NCBI RefSeq assembly: GCF_001194135.2
Contig: NC_068982.1
Span: 101,550,798-101,614,797, forward strand
Origin: Octopus bimaculoides
Lineage: Eukaryota
DNA: 64,000 nt
Direction of reading: 5' to 3'
Shown here: piece by piece, positions 37,601 through 49,133 of the stretch
Layout of the letters: each line of letters opens with the position of its first letter
Numbering within the stretch: position 1 is the stretch's first letter
The notes under the pieces: generated by a model
Seen by the model: only the letters and a program-made list of their open reading frames with translations
The model's database searches: none
What the model was told of the DNA's origin: nothing
Translations under genes and position numbers: made by a program

Positions 37601-38879
37601 TATATATATATACACGGCAGCTTTCGTCCTATATATATANNNNNNNNNNNNNNNNNNNNNNNNNNNNNNNNNNNNNNNNNNNNNNNNNNNNNNNNNNNNN
37701 NNNNNNNNNNNNNNNNNNNNNNNNNNNNNNNNNNNNNNNNNNNNNNNNNNNNNNNNNNNNNNNNNNNNNNNNNNNNNNNNNNNNNNNNNNNNNNNNNNNN
37801 NNNNNNNNNNNNNNNNNNNNNNNNNNNGTACATATATGTATGAATATATGCATATATTTATATATTATTTATATTATTATATGATCGCACGCCACGCATC
37901 CTTTTCCAAGTAAGTTTTATCTTAATAATTACGATGCGCACTCTTCTCTGTCTATCTCTTCTCTGTCTATCTCTTCTCTATCTATCTCACTCCCTCTCTT
38001 GTTCTTCATCCTTTCTGTTTTTCTCTCCCACCCTTTCCCTATTCTTCTCTCTCTTTCACCGTTCCCCCTCTCTCTCTCACTCTTCCTCCTTGACGTTTTC
38101 GTCGCTGACACGTGACAAAAAGAGATCTCTCTTTCTGTCCACTGCCTTCCCAAAGAAAAGACGTGTTTTTTTCTGTCTCTCCTCTCATGGCACGTCTACC
38201 TAGCGTTCATAATAATTTCTCTATCGTCTTGGCTCAACAGCACTCACCGTTCGTTTTTACTGTCTTGTTCTCACTGTTCTGTTTTTGCTTAAACTTTCAC
38301 CCTCCGCAAAACAAATTCCAAATTTTATTTAATTTGCTTTGCGGGAAAGACTGTTCCAATGAAGTCGCGTATTGTCCTTGCCTTTGAAACGTTGAGTAGA
38401 TGGAACAGGTACAATTGACGAAGGGGTATACTCTTTATGTTGCATGTCTCGTTTCTCTGGGGGGTTTTTTCGGTGTTCGAAAAAAGTTCGTTTTCTGTTT
38501 TCGTTTTTATGTTTTCGTTTCTCAATCTGTTTAACGTTTTTTTGATGTCCTGTACCCATATATGCATGTATATATACATATAGATGTAGGTATGTACATG
38601 TNNNNNNNNNNNNNNNNNNNNNNNNNNNNNNNNNNNNNNNNNNNNNNNNNNNNNNNNNNNNNNNNNNNNNNNNNNNNNNNNNNNNNNNNNNNNNNNNNNN
38701 NNNNNNNNNNNNNNNNNNNNNNNNNNNNNNNNNNNNNNNNNNNNNNNNNNNNNNNNNNNNNNNNNNNNNNNNNNNNNNNNNNNNNNNNNNNNNNNNNNNN
38801 NNNNNNNNNNNNNNNNNNNNNNNNNNNNNNNNNNNNNNNNNNNNNNNNNNNNNNNNNNNNNNNNTAGATGTGTGTGTGT

Positions 38880-39050
38880 GTGTCATTGCCTGCATTGTCA
38901 CCACTGCTTGATGTCTTCACGTCCCCGTAACTTGGCAGTTCGGCAAAACAGACTTTAAAAAGAAATTAATTATGTTGATTCGTGCGACTAAAAGCTTTTA
39001 ATGCTGTGCCTCGGGATGGCCGCAGATTAAAGGTTGTAACAGGTAAAAGA
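38880..39050 (+). mobile_element. SINE family B 3' half, diverged
   Basis: tcacgtccccgtaacttggcagttcggcaaaacagac..ggatggccgcag..aaaaga. Confidence 0.65.
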
Positions 39051-40227
39051 TGCCATTGTAGAGATTAGTAATATACTTTTTTTGGTTAAGTCAGTCTTTT
39101 GCTATTCTCAGTTTCGCCTCAGGGCACCCAATCATAACTTGCCTGAAGGCTATGTGCATCCGCAGCCGAAACTGAGAGTAATAAGAGACCGTTTTCATCG
39201 AAATAGAAATACTACACCCACGCGCGCGTGCACACACTCACACACACACACATGATTGCATTATCTAATCTGCTTTTCTTTTTAAGGTGGTTAATTGAGG
39301 AAGAATTTTATTGCCTTTTCTTCTATGTTAATTGACCATCATACAGAAGCTCCCTTGATGGCTCATATGTTCTTCTGTAAGAACTTTAATATCGGGACTT
39401 ATAAAGAAGACAAGACAAACGATTTACTTCTGTTTAGAATTTTTGCTGTGTAAAAACACTTATTACAAGCATAAGACAACTGGCGACTGGTAGGATAGAA
39501 AGATAAAACTGTTTGTGAATGATACCCATGAAGAGAACAGTCTGCAGAAGAATATGGAAATATTTTCAGAATTTGCTTTTTCACAAAACTGCAAGAAAAA
39601 AAAAAAAAAGAGTGTTGCAGAAATAAAGCATTCTTACACAAACGGAATTTTTATCCTTAAACAAACAACTGATGAAGGCGAACATCAGTCTTGATTATAC
39701 AACAACAACACATCAACTGTTTCAGCTGTGACACATACAAATAATCAAAACGAATGTAGCAACCAACCAAAAACCAACAACTTTACGCACATCATAGGAA
39801 ATTACGAAACCAGGAAGACACGATGTGTACCAGCTCAAAACTAGGGGCATATGAAAGCTTTAGAAATATAATATACATTCCTTAGAAACTGGGTAAACAA
39901 TATTATCGGTTGTTTGACTTTTTTTTTTGTTTTTCCATTTAGCATCTAACAAAATCAAGTCTATCAAGCCAAAAACAAAAGCAATGAAGTTACCACCAGA
40001 GTTGAGAGTCGACGCCATGCTTTTCAAACGTGAGGATATTTAAACATTGACGCGCAGGCAGTATGGTAGCTGATTTTATTGGATGATACTTAAAAGCGTT
40101 TCATAAATGTTCATGTAAAGAAACAAATCTAATAGAGCCCTGCTTTCGCCTCAATCAACCATTGTTGATGGCTGAGGTATGACGAGTTCGTTTCAGCGCT
40201 CGTTCGCCTAAAATATGAAACATGCAT

Positions 40228-40361
40228 ACGAGGTCTGATCAATAAGTATCCGGACTGTTGCTGTAGTAACGAAGCTAAAGCATTCGGAGTAAAGCCGCTT
40301 GGTACAGATTGACCTAGCACTCTATTGTGCAAGTGCGCTAAGTTTCAACGTTCTAGCTCAC
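40228..40361 (+). mobile_element. Mariner-like terminal fragment
   Basis: TA-cgaggtctgatcaataagtatccggactg, a TA-CGAGG mariner-type end; no partner TIR found. Confidence 0.55.
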
Positions 40362-40621
40362 TTTGGCTGTATATAGATAGATAGATAGACATACTACTGG
40401 GTTAATTGTTCCACCAGNNNNNNNNNNNNNNNNNNNNNNNNNNNNNNNNNNNNNNNNNNNNNNNNNNNNNNNNNNNNNNNNNNNNNNNNNNNNNNNNNNN
40501 NNNNNNNNNNNNNNNNNNNNNNNNNNNNNNNNNNNNNNNNNNNNNNNNNNNNNNNNNNNNNNNNNNNNNNNNNNNNNNNNNNNNNNNNNNNNNNTATATA
40601 TATATATATATATATATGTGC

Positions 40622-40796
40622 ATGTGAAGGCGCATGGCTCAGAGGTTAGACCATTGGGCTCACAGTCATGAGATAGTGAATTCGATTCCCCGACCCGGCT
40701 ATGTGTTGTGTTCTTGGGCAAGAGACTTTATTTCACGTTGCTTCTGTTCAGTCAGCTATAGAAATGAGTTGCGACGTCGTTGGTACCAAGCTGTAT
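40622..40796 (+). mobile_element. SINE family C, 3'-truncated
   Basis: ggcgcatggctcagaggttaga..gaattcgattccc..ttgtgttcttgggcaag..tttcacgttgc..gaaatgagttgcgacgtc..ccaagctgtat. Confidence 0.9.
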
Positions 40797-41429
40797 ATAG
40801 ATAGATAGATAGACATACTACTGGGTTAATTGTTCCACCAGACAGTGTTGCTGCAGAAAATTTTGATATAGAATGCTTATCTGCATACGAACAATGCCAT
40901 TGCCTTTTTGATAATAATAAAGGTGACACGCCTAATGACCCATGTCAGGGTGTGTTTTGGACTACAAATAAAATTCTCTGGACGATCTATTTATCGTATA
41001 TATTGTTCTTTTTCCTTTGTTTTATATGTGAGTAATTAGAAAATTCATTGTTGATATTTATACGAAATAAATATTTAAGGAAGGAATACTAATGAAACGC
41101 AAGTGCTTGATATGTATGGAATTTGTCTGCTTAAGTACGCTCGGATATGAACCAATTTGGTGATTTTCCGCTACTTAGATTTGTGGGAAATTTTAATATA
41201 TAATAAAATCGGTCATCCTGCACTTATTGGTTAAGGAAAAGATTTATTACAACTTGTGGCTTGTTCATTTTATCACGCAAATTTACCAGACTATCACCTA
41301 AGTCTACCAGTAAATATATTTTTCTTGCCTTACTTTGCAAATTTCACTAACAACAATATCATAACAAATCTTCTCTAGAAATTTAAAGTTATACTATTCC
41401 TTACTTTTTGGTGTTGTTTTATTTATTTA

Positions 41430-41588
41430 GTCGCAACTCATTTCTATAGCTGACTGAACTGAAGCAACGTGAAATAAAGTGTCTTGCCCAAGAACACAAC
41501 ACATAGCCGGGTCGGGGAATCGAATTCACTATCTCATGACTGTGAGCCCAATGGTCTAACCTCTGAGCCATGCGCCTTCACATGCACA
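41430..41588 (-). mobile_element. SINE family C, inverted near-identical partner of 40617-40775
   Basis: Reverse complement matches at 157/159 nt by eye. Confidence 0.9.
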
Positions 41589-42756
41589 CGCATATATANN
41601 NNNNNNNNNNNNNNNNNNNNNNNNNNNNNNNNNNNNNNNNNNNNNNNNNNNNNNNNNNNNNNNNNNNNNNNNNNNNNNNNNNNNNNNNNNNNNNNNNNNN
41701 NNNNNNNNNNNNNNNNNNNNNNNNNNNNNNNNNNNNNNNNNNNNNNNNNNNNNNNNNNNNNNNNNNNNNNNNNNNNNNNNNNNNNNNNNNNNNNNNNNNN
41801 NNNNNNNNNNNNNNNNNNNNNNNNNNNNNNNNNNNNNNNNNNNNNNNNNNNNNNNNNNNNNNNNNNNNNNNNNNNNNNNNNNNNNNNNNNNNNNNNNNNN
41901 NNNNNNNNNNNNNNNNNNNNNNNNNNNNNNNNNNNNNNNNNNNNNNNNNNNNNNNNNNNNNNNNNNNNNNNNNNNNNNNNNNNNNNNNNNNNNNNNNNNN
42001 NNNNNNNNNNNNNNNNNNNNNNNNNNTATATATATATATATATATATATTAATTCTCAAACGCGTGATAATGCTAATAAATTGCGTGATCAGGATAAATT
42101 ATCCGTACATTGCAGAAAAATACGTTACCGGCCAGCTGAAACAAATGCATCTCAGCTTTAAATAATCTCGTCTTTTTGTTATATATATCTAGAACCACAT
42201 TGTCTAACATGTGCTTCCTTTTCAAGATAGAAAAGTGACATGTGAGGAAAACGTTTGCAGCCATTTCTAGTAGATTGAGCAATTATTGCGTAGATACTTC
42301 TTTGTTATAGGAATCAACATATTTTGATTTCAAACTGAACATCGACTCCACGACCTTACAAATACTGGAAGACAAATAAAGATCAGGGGTGTCACTCACC
42401 TCCGTGAGTTAAATAATAAGACACAGAGACTACTGCATCATAAACAGAATGCGGAAAAGAGAGATATAGAGAGAAGCCAGAAATAAAAGCAGTAAAAAGA
42501 AAGAAAGAAAGAGAAAAGAAAGAAAGGGAGGGAGGGGGGAAAATGGGGTCCTGCAATGAAACATTTTGCAAATTTGCTACGAGTATTTTGCTTTGTATTT
42601 CAAATTTCTTTAATGTATAATCTGAGAAACAGACCATAGTTATACTTCAAAGCCACCAATCTACCAATAAAAACAGTAATTACATTCGCCATATTTTTCT
42701 TTCCTTTTGGCTTTCATTCTTTCTTCCTTTATTTTTCTCTTTCTTTCCTTTCTCTT

Positions 42757-42787
<31 letters not shown>

Positions 42788-42867
42788 TCGTTCATTATTT
42801 CTACAAATGTTTTTTTCTGCATTATTTACAGGAATTGTTAAACTGAAAGATTATCTCTGATCTTTTT

Positions 42868-42877
<10 letters not shown>

Positions 42878-42940
<63 letters not shown>

Positions 42941-43022
42941 CATCCTCATCATCATTATTGTTGTTGTTGCTGTTATTTTTGTTGTTGTTGTTATTATTAT
43001 CATTATTGTTGTTGTTGTTGTT
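42878..43022. repeat. (TTA)n/(TTG)n triplet array
   Basis: Directly visible. Confidence 0.95.
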
Positions 43023-43371
43023 AACTCATTAGTATCTTATCGGAAGCATTTGTTGCTAATTATGAAAATATTTCCATCGATTGAAAGATGTTTTTGTTTC
43101 ACTTTTATCTTTATATATTTTTACATCTGCTACTTACAGGAAGTGCTTTAAACTTAATATCTTAACATTGTTTCTTGTAGAAGTCAATGAAATGATTCAG
43201 GACATTCATTCACTTCACACGACTCGAAAATTATAAGGGATATTGCTTCGACAGTGTATCAAAACTTAGCCACTATATCGGCTTGTCAGAGTATAACTAT
43301 TATTCAACACTACATTCCTCTGGTAGCATTAATAACAACCATAAGAACTAGTTCACCCCCTCCAAAAAGTA

Positions 43372-43605
43372 CAATAATGCCTCGATATACGAGTTAATTT
43401 GTTCCCGTAGATAGCCCGTAAAGCAGAGTAATAATTTCCTACTGTAGCAATGAAATTTTATGCCGTCATTTTACGGCAGAACCAGTGTTGCTACTTGTAT
43501 TGACTGTGGCAAAATGGCTGTTTAACTTTCTAATATCTATCATTAAATAAAACTCGTAAACCCGGAGTTTCGTAAAGTGGGTCCATGTAAAGTGAGGTAT
43601 TACTG
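43372..43605. mobile_element. pogo/Tigger-like MITE (~234 bp)
   Basis: TA-caataatgcctcgatatacg ... tgtaaagtgaggtattactg-TA (about 14/20 inverted identity); subterminal repeated cgtaaa motifs. Confidence 0.55.
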
Positions 43606-43934
43606 TACATCAGTATGATATAATAAAAATTTCGCCCAACTGAGTGTCCAACCTCTCTCTTTCTCCTTCTCTTTATCTCTCTCTCCCTCTCTTTCTCTCT
43701 CTCCCCTCTCCCTATCTCTCTCTCACACACACAGACACACCTATCAACTACATTAGATTTATTATTTTAACAACAATAGTATTGGCTTCAAAGTTTCGGC
43801 CAGCTGATGGCTTAGCTAGTCGATACTTCGAGGTTACTATCAATACTATTTTTGTTGAAAGATACTAAACTTGTACTGTACCAAATTTATTGAGTAATCA
43901 TCCAATTTAATGTAAAACTTGTTTTTATCAGAAT

Positions 43935-44130
43935 CGTATCACGCCGGACAAAATGCTTAGCAGGATTTCGTCTGTCCTTACGTTCTGAATTCAAATTCCA
44001 CCACGATTTACTTTGCCTTTCATCCTTTCGGGGTCGATAAAATGAGTGCCAGTTGAGTATTGGTGTCGATGTTATCGACTATACTCCCCCCCCAAATTTC
44101 CAGCCTTGTGCCTACTGTAGAAAGCATTAT
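43935..44130 (+). mobile_element. SINE family A
   Basis: ccggacaaaatgcttagc..acgttctgaattcaaattcc..ctttgcctttcatcctttcggggtcgataaaatgagt. Confidence 0.85.
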
Positions 44131-44471
44131 AATATAAAAGCAAACATTAGTATATGTATGTATGCATGTATGTATGTCTGTATGTATGTATGTGTGTATA
44201 TGTAAGTATGTATGTATATGCATACATATATATCATGCGTGTATGGTCAGATGCACGAACACTACTGTATGAGTTAGAGCTCCAGGTAGCTTATCATCAT
44301 GCAGCTGGCTTTGTATAGTGGTTAGTCTACCACTGTACTTAGCAACGTTAGTAGTTATGATGCACAGAATATATGTAGGGGAAATTAAGATAAAGACCTA
44401 CTATCAATTATTATTTCCAACGTACGTTTCACGATTGCAAGTATTTTAGAACTCAGCATCGAATGAGATCT

Positions 44472-44740
44472 AGTATTGGTTTCAAATTTTGGTAAGAGGC
44501 CAGCAATTTCATGGGAGAGGGTAAGACGATTACATCGACGCTCCCTTAGGACGAGATCTGATATGACAGAAGGTATGATGCAGCGAGCTGGGAAAAATGC
44601 TTACAGCATTTTGCCCATCTTTACCTTCTTAGGTCAAATTCCACCGAGGCCGACTTTGCCTTTCATCTTTTCAGGGTTCGATAAAATAAGTACGATTTGA
44701 GCATTGGGGTCAAATTAATGGGCTTATCTTTTCCCTCGAA
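44472..44740. mobile_element. Two SINE family A fragments in opposite orientation
   Basis: 44472-44545 is a minus-strand 3' part; 44575-44740 is a plus-strand body (ccgaggccgactttgcctttcatc). Confidence 0.7.
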
Positions 44741-44760
44741 TGGTGATTTCCAGTCTGAAA

Positions 44761-46392
44761 ATCACTATCCAGACCAATCTCACCACCACCACGGACTTCT
44801 CAGACATCACACTCGGCTTGGGCTCCGTTACGTATAGGCCGTACCGCAAGCCAAATTAGAGGCTAACGTACATCAACTCAGCCTCCTGTCATCCGCCCAT
44901 TGTGTTAAAAAATCTGGTGAAGTGTGTTAGCAAGAGGATTACGAATCTATCATTCAGCCAAGAGATTTTTGATGCAGCATCCCCTACTATAACAAGGCTA
45001 TAGCTGCTAGCGGATTTAGGGACCGCATCTCCTATACGCCGGGCCCCAACATCCGTAGAAGGAAGTGTCGCAAAAATATTATTTGGTTTGCCCCAACCCC
45101 ACTTCTCTCTTAACGTAAAAAAAGTCTGTAGGTAGGATATTCCTTAAGTTAATAAAGGAATATTTCACACGTTCACATAGGTACTGATGCATTTTCAACA
45201 GGCACAACCTTAGGTTCTCTTTTAGCTGTGCCACCAGTATTAAGTTCATGTTAGTTAGCACCCATAGGCCACGAACCCAGTGAGAGGCCACTGCGAAACC
45301 AAGGTAGTCGTCTATCAAGCTGTGGTACTAATAGCAGCAGCAACAGCAATACATCAGCTCCCCCAGTAGCAGCAGCAGAGACACGAACAGAACCAGCGGC
45401 AGTACCATCGCTAGAGATAACAGCTACAACATCAACGACAGCAATGGCAGTATCCCTAACGGCATCAGCAACATCAGCAGCTTCTTCAACGGCTACCACA
45501 ATAGCCGGTTCGACTGTTCCAATAGTAGCAGCAGCAGCAGAGATACGAACAGAACCAGCGGCAGCACCACCCACAGCGACGACAATAATAACAATAACAA
45601 CAACGACGACGATGACAGCAATGGCAGTATCCCTAACGGAAATAGCCAACAATATCTATAACAGCAGTGACAACGCTCCCGTCAATGACGATGACCATAA
45701 CAATAACAGCACCATTACCAAAACTAGTAGTGGAGGTACAAACACCACCGCTAGCTCCAATGACGCCAACACCAACAGCGCCTGTCCAACAACAGGGGTA
45801 GCAGCAGCGCCAACACCAACAGACACAGCACCGCCAACACTCGACCACGGAGGTACATCGGTTGCTCCGGGAACACGTTCAAACAACGCTCTCCAACAAC
45901 AGATCTTCCTTCGGGATACCGGAAAGGAGATACGTTTCATCATTGGCCAGCCATGTATGGCAGCTGAAAGACTACGAGATTCCATACACAATATCATGGA
46001 GAGTCCTAGAAAATCCAGGCCCCTACATAAACGGGACTAAGCTCTGTGAATTATGTATAGAGGAATGGTCGAGGATGCTAAAGGACTCCCTCAACCGGGG
46101 AACATCCCTAACGCCAGAACCTAGGTCTTAGAAACCTGCTTGCATTTCAGGAAACTCTTGCTGCCTATTGGAACCCACAAGATAACAGGGTCACTTGCGA
46201 TCCATACCCAAAGGGAGACAATTCTCTGTTGCTGACATTGAGTAGCGATGTCCTTTCCTCCTCCATACTCTAGAGAGGCCACTCTCTAGAGAGGCATTAA
46301 GATAACAGGTTTTGGAATCTGATGATACACCGGAAAGCTAAGCGCCTTATGGAAGTGAAACTCATGGTAATCCCATAAACCGGCCTTATCTA

Positions 46393-46395
<3 letters not shown>
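44761..46395 (+). mobile_element. 5'-truncated Penelope-like retroelement (RT C-terminus, GIY-YIG endonuclease, 3' terminal repeat with hammerhead)
   Basis: Translates ..DFSDITL..YRPYRKPN*..YINSASCHPP..KRITNLS..YNKAIAASGF..NIIWFAP..IFNRHNLRFSFSC; then PVRGHCETKVVVYQAVV (VVY 45307-45315); RRYIGCSGNTFKQR (YIG 45854-45862); SSLASHVWQLK..ISWRVL..GTKLCELC. These are Penelope RT-thumb and GIY-YIG motifs, with stops and frameshifts. Confidence 0.9.
46301..46390 (+). ncRNA. Type I hammerhead ribozyme with extended helix I
   Basis: GATAA-ca-GGTTT-TGGAAT [CTGATGA 46319-46325] long helix II [GAAA 46357-46360] CTCATG [GTA 46367-46369] ATCCCA-t-AAACC-ggcc-TTATC. All invariant core nucleotides present. 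Confidence 0.82.
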
Positions 46396-46429
<34 letters not shown>

Positions 46430-47519
46430 NNNNNNNNNNNNNNNNNNNNNNNNNNNNNNNNNNNNNNNNNNNNNNNNNNNNNNNNNNNNNNNNNNNNNNN
46501 NNNNNNNNNNNNNNNNNNNNNNNNNNNNNNNNNNNNNNNNNNNNNNNNNNNNNNNNNNNNNNNNNNNNNNNNNNNNNNNNNNNNNNNNNNNNNNNNNNNN
46601 NNNNNNNNNNNNNNNNNNNNNNNNNNNNNNNNNNNNNNNNNNNNNNNNNNNNNNNNNNNNNNNNNNNNNNNNNNNNNNNNNNNNNNNNNNNNNNNNNNNN
46701 NNNNNNNNNNNNNNNNNNNNNNNNNNNNNNNNNNNNNNNNNNNNNNNNNNNNNNNNNNNNNNNNNNNNNNNNNNNNNNNNNNNNNNNNNNNNNNNNNNNN
46801 NNNNNNNNNNNNNNNNNNNNNNNNNNNNNNNNNNNNNNNNNNNNNNNNNNNNNNNNNNNNNNNNNNNNNNNNNNNNNNNNNNNNNNNNNNNNNNNNNNNN
46901 NNNNNNNNNNNNNNNNNNNNNNNNNNNNNNNNNNNNNNNNNNNNNNNNNNNNNNNNNNNNNNNNNNNNNNNNNNNNNNNNNNNNNNNNNNNNNNNNNNNN
47001 NNNNNNNNNNNNNNNNNNNNNNNNNNNNNNNNNNNNNNNNNNNNNNNNNNNNNNNNNNNNNNNNNNNNNNNNNNNNNNNNNNNNNNNNNNNNNNNNNNNN
47101 NNNNNNNNNNNNNNNNNNNNNNNNNNNNNNNNNNNNNNNNNNNNNNNNNNNNNNNNNNNNNNNNNNNNNNNNNNNNNNNNNNNNNNNNNNNNNNNNNNNN
47201 NNNNNNNNNNNNNNNNNNNNNNNNNNNNNNNNNNNNNNNNNNNNNNNNNNNNNNNNNNNNNNNNNNNNNNNNNNNNNNNNNNNNNNNNNNNNNNNNNNNN
47301 NNNNNNNNNNNNNNNNNNNNNNNNNNNNNNNNNNNNNNNNNNNNNNNNNNNNNNNNNNNNNNNNNNNNNNNNNNNNNNNCTGTAATTTTCTGCATTTTCG
47401 TGCAGCTGAAGATTGCTCTTCATATTGCATTTAATGTAATGCTCGCATTACTTAAATAAATGGAGTAGCATGAAACGTGCGTACTGCAATCATCTTTGAA
47501 ATCCGTGTTGCTTATTCTG

Positions 47520-47554
<35 letters not shown>

Positions 47555-47556
<2 letters not shown>

Positions 47557-48302
47557 CCAGGGCGTTGACATGAGCAATGATGTATCTTTTCAAGTGCATA
47601 TTACCGATTTGGTAATGAATTGTAGACGGCTAGCTGGATGGATCTTCCGAACTTTCAAAACAGGAGAAAAGGAGACAGTGATGGTCCTTTGGAAGGCATA
47701 CCTCCTCAGCCGTTAGGAATACTGCTCCCAACTATGGTCACCATACAATATCAAATTTTCGGCGGAACTCGAAGCAATCCAACGAAGCTACACTAAGAAA
47801 ATCATCTCAATGCAGCGTATCAACTACTGGAAAAGACCGGAAGAATTAAAACTCTTCTCCCTAGAATGAAGGTGGGAAAAATATGCAGTGATATACATCT
47901 GGAAATCCAGGAAGGCCTTGTAGCAAACTTTGGCACTGAAAGTTACTCAAACTGCAGAACGAGGCGCCACTGCATAGTGCCAAAGATCCCAGCATCGCCA
48001 TCAAAATACAAGACCAGATATTAAACAGCTTGGGTTTCAAGGGCTCTTCAATATCCTTCCAAAATGCCTGAGAGACCTGCATAGTGTGGATGTAGGTACC
48101 TTTAAAGCAAAACTGGATCTTCTCATCTCAAGGGTTCCAGACGAGCCTACCTCACGGCAGGAAACACATATGAGGGCAGCAGCATCAAACCTTATTGACC
48201 AAATGCCACTTATCAGAAATGTTTCAAATGATGGTGTAACTCAGTCAACGGTGGTGCCCCAGCATGACCATAAATTTGAGCTGAACCATTTTAAAGATTT
48301 AA

Positions 48303-48305
<3 letters not shown>
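47555..48305 (+). mobile_element. CR1/L2-group LINE 3' fragment (RT C-terminus and 3' UTR), decayed
   Basis: DQGVDMSND..HITDLV..GWIFRTF..LWKAY..EYCSQLWSPY..LEAIQRSYTKKI..YWKR..LKLFSLE..LFNILP..FKAKLD..VPDEP. Ends in (tttaaaga)2; (TA)n on both sides. Confidence 0.88.
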
Positions 48306-48343
<38 letters not shown>

Positions 48344-48367
48344 GAGACAGAGGAGAGNNNNNNNNNN

Positions 48368-48416
<49 letters not shown>

Positions 48417-49133
48417 GAGACAGAGGAGAGGAGAAAGGTAGAGTTGCACAAAGTAGCGTTTATAATAATATATAATAATACAATGATACATTCGAGCGAA
48501 GAAAGACTTTTCGCTGCGAAAATAGTGTCGGGAGAAATTGCTCCCCGTAGACAGCATATGTGAAAGTAGATTGACCTTTGACTAACATTATCGGATTGAG
48601 GGACGCCTGCATTTCTGCGTTGTTACACATCATCAACTACTGATACCAAATATCGACTTCAACAACTCCATCGGAACGATAGTTCTAATATAGATATGGA
48701 CAGGATATAACAAATCTATTGGCATCCCCCAAATCACATAGATTGAGGACTATCACTTGAATCTTTTGTTCTTCGACATATCACCTTTTATAATAGCAAT
48801 AACAAAAGTCAGGACAAACTTTGAACATAAGAAAATCCTTTAAAATCTCATCTTATTGTTTGTCTGCGGGTAATATATAAATTGCGCTAAAATATACTAA
48901 CAAATAGAATATCTTGACATTTACAAAAATAACGAGTAAATAAGTGAAACAATGTCGTATCTATGGAGAATTCTCCTCGGAAAGCTTAAATTTGGATTAT
49001 GAATGAAGAGCTTCAAGATCATCTTGATGATATGTGTATCTGTTTTCCCACGAGGGTACGTGATATCTGATGATGTGAGAACAAGACCGAAGAGGAGATC
49101 TATGGTCACATCTTACTCAGCTCTTCAATTTTA

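Noticed and set aside
39669-39688. CTGATGA followed by CATCAG hairpin; also isolated CTGATGA at 13203, 32349 and 49067
   Set aside because: No downstream stem II plus GAAA plus NUH arrangement.
45444-46040. 198-aa Ala/Thr-rich ORF as a host mucin-like gene
   Set aside because: It lies inside the Penelope element, out of frame with its GIY-YIG motifs, and triplet repeats explain the lack of stops. Kept only as a finding about the element.
48336-48430. Duplicated (TA)n-cagagagacagaggagag around a 10-N gap
   Set aside because: Typical contig-end overlap artefact of scaffolding.
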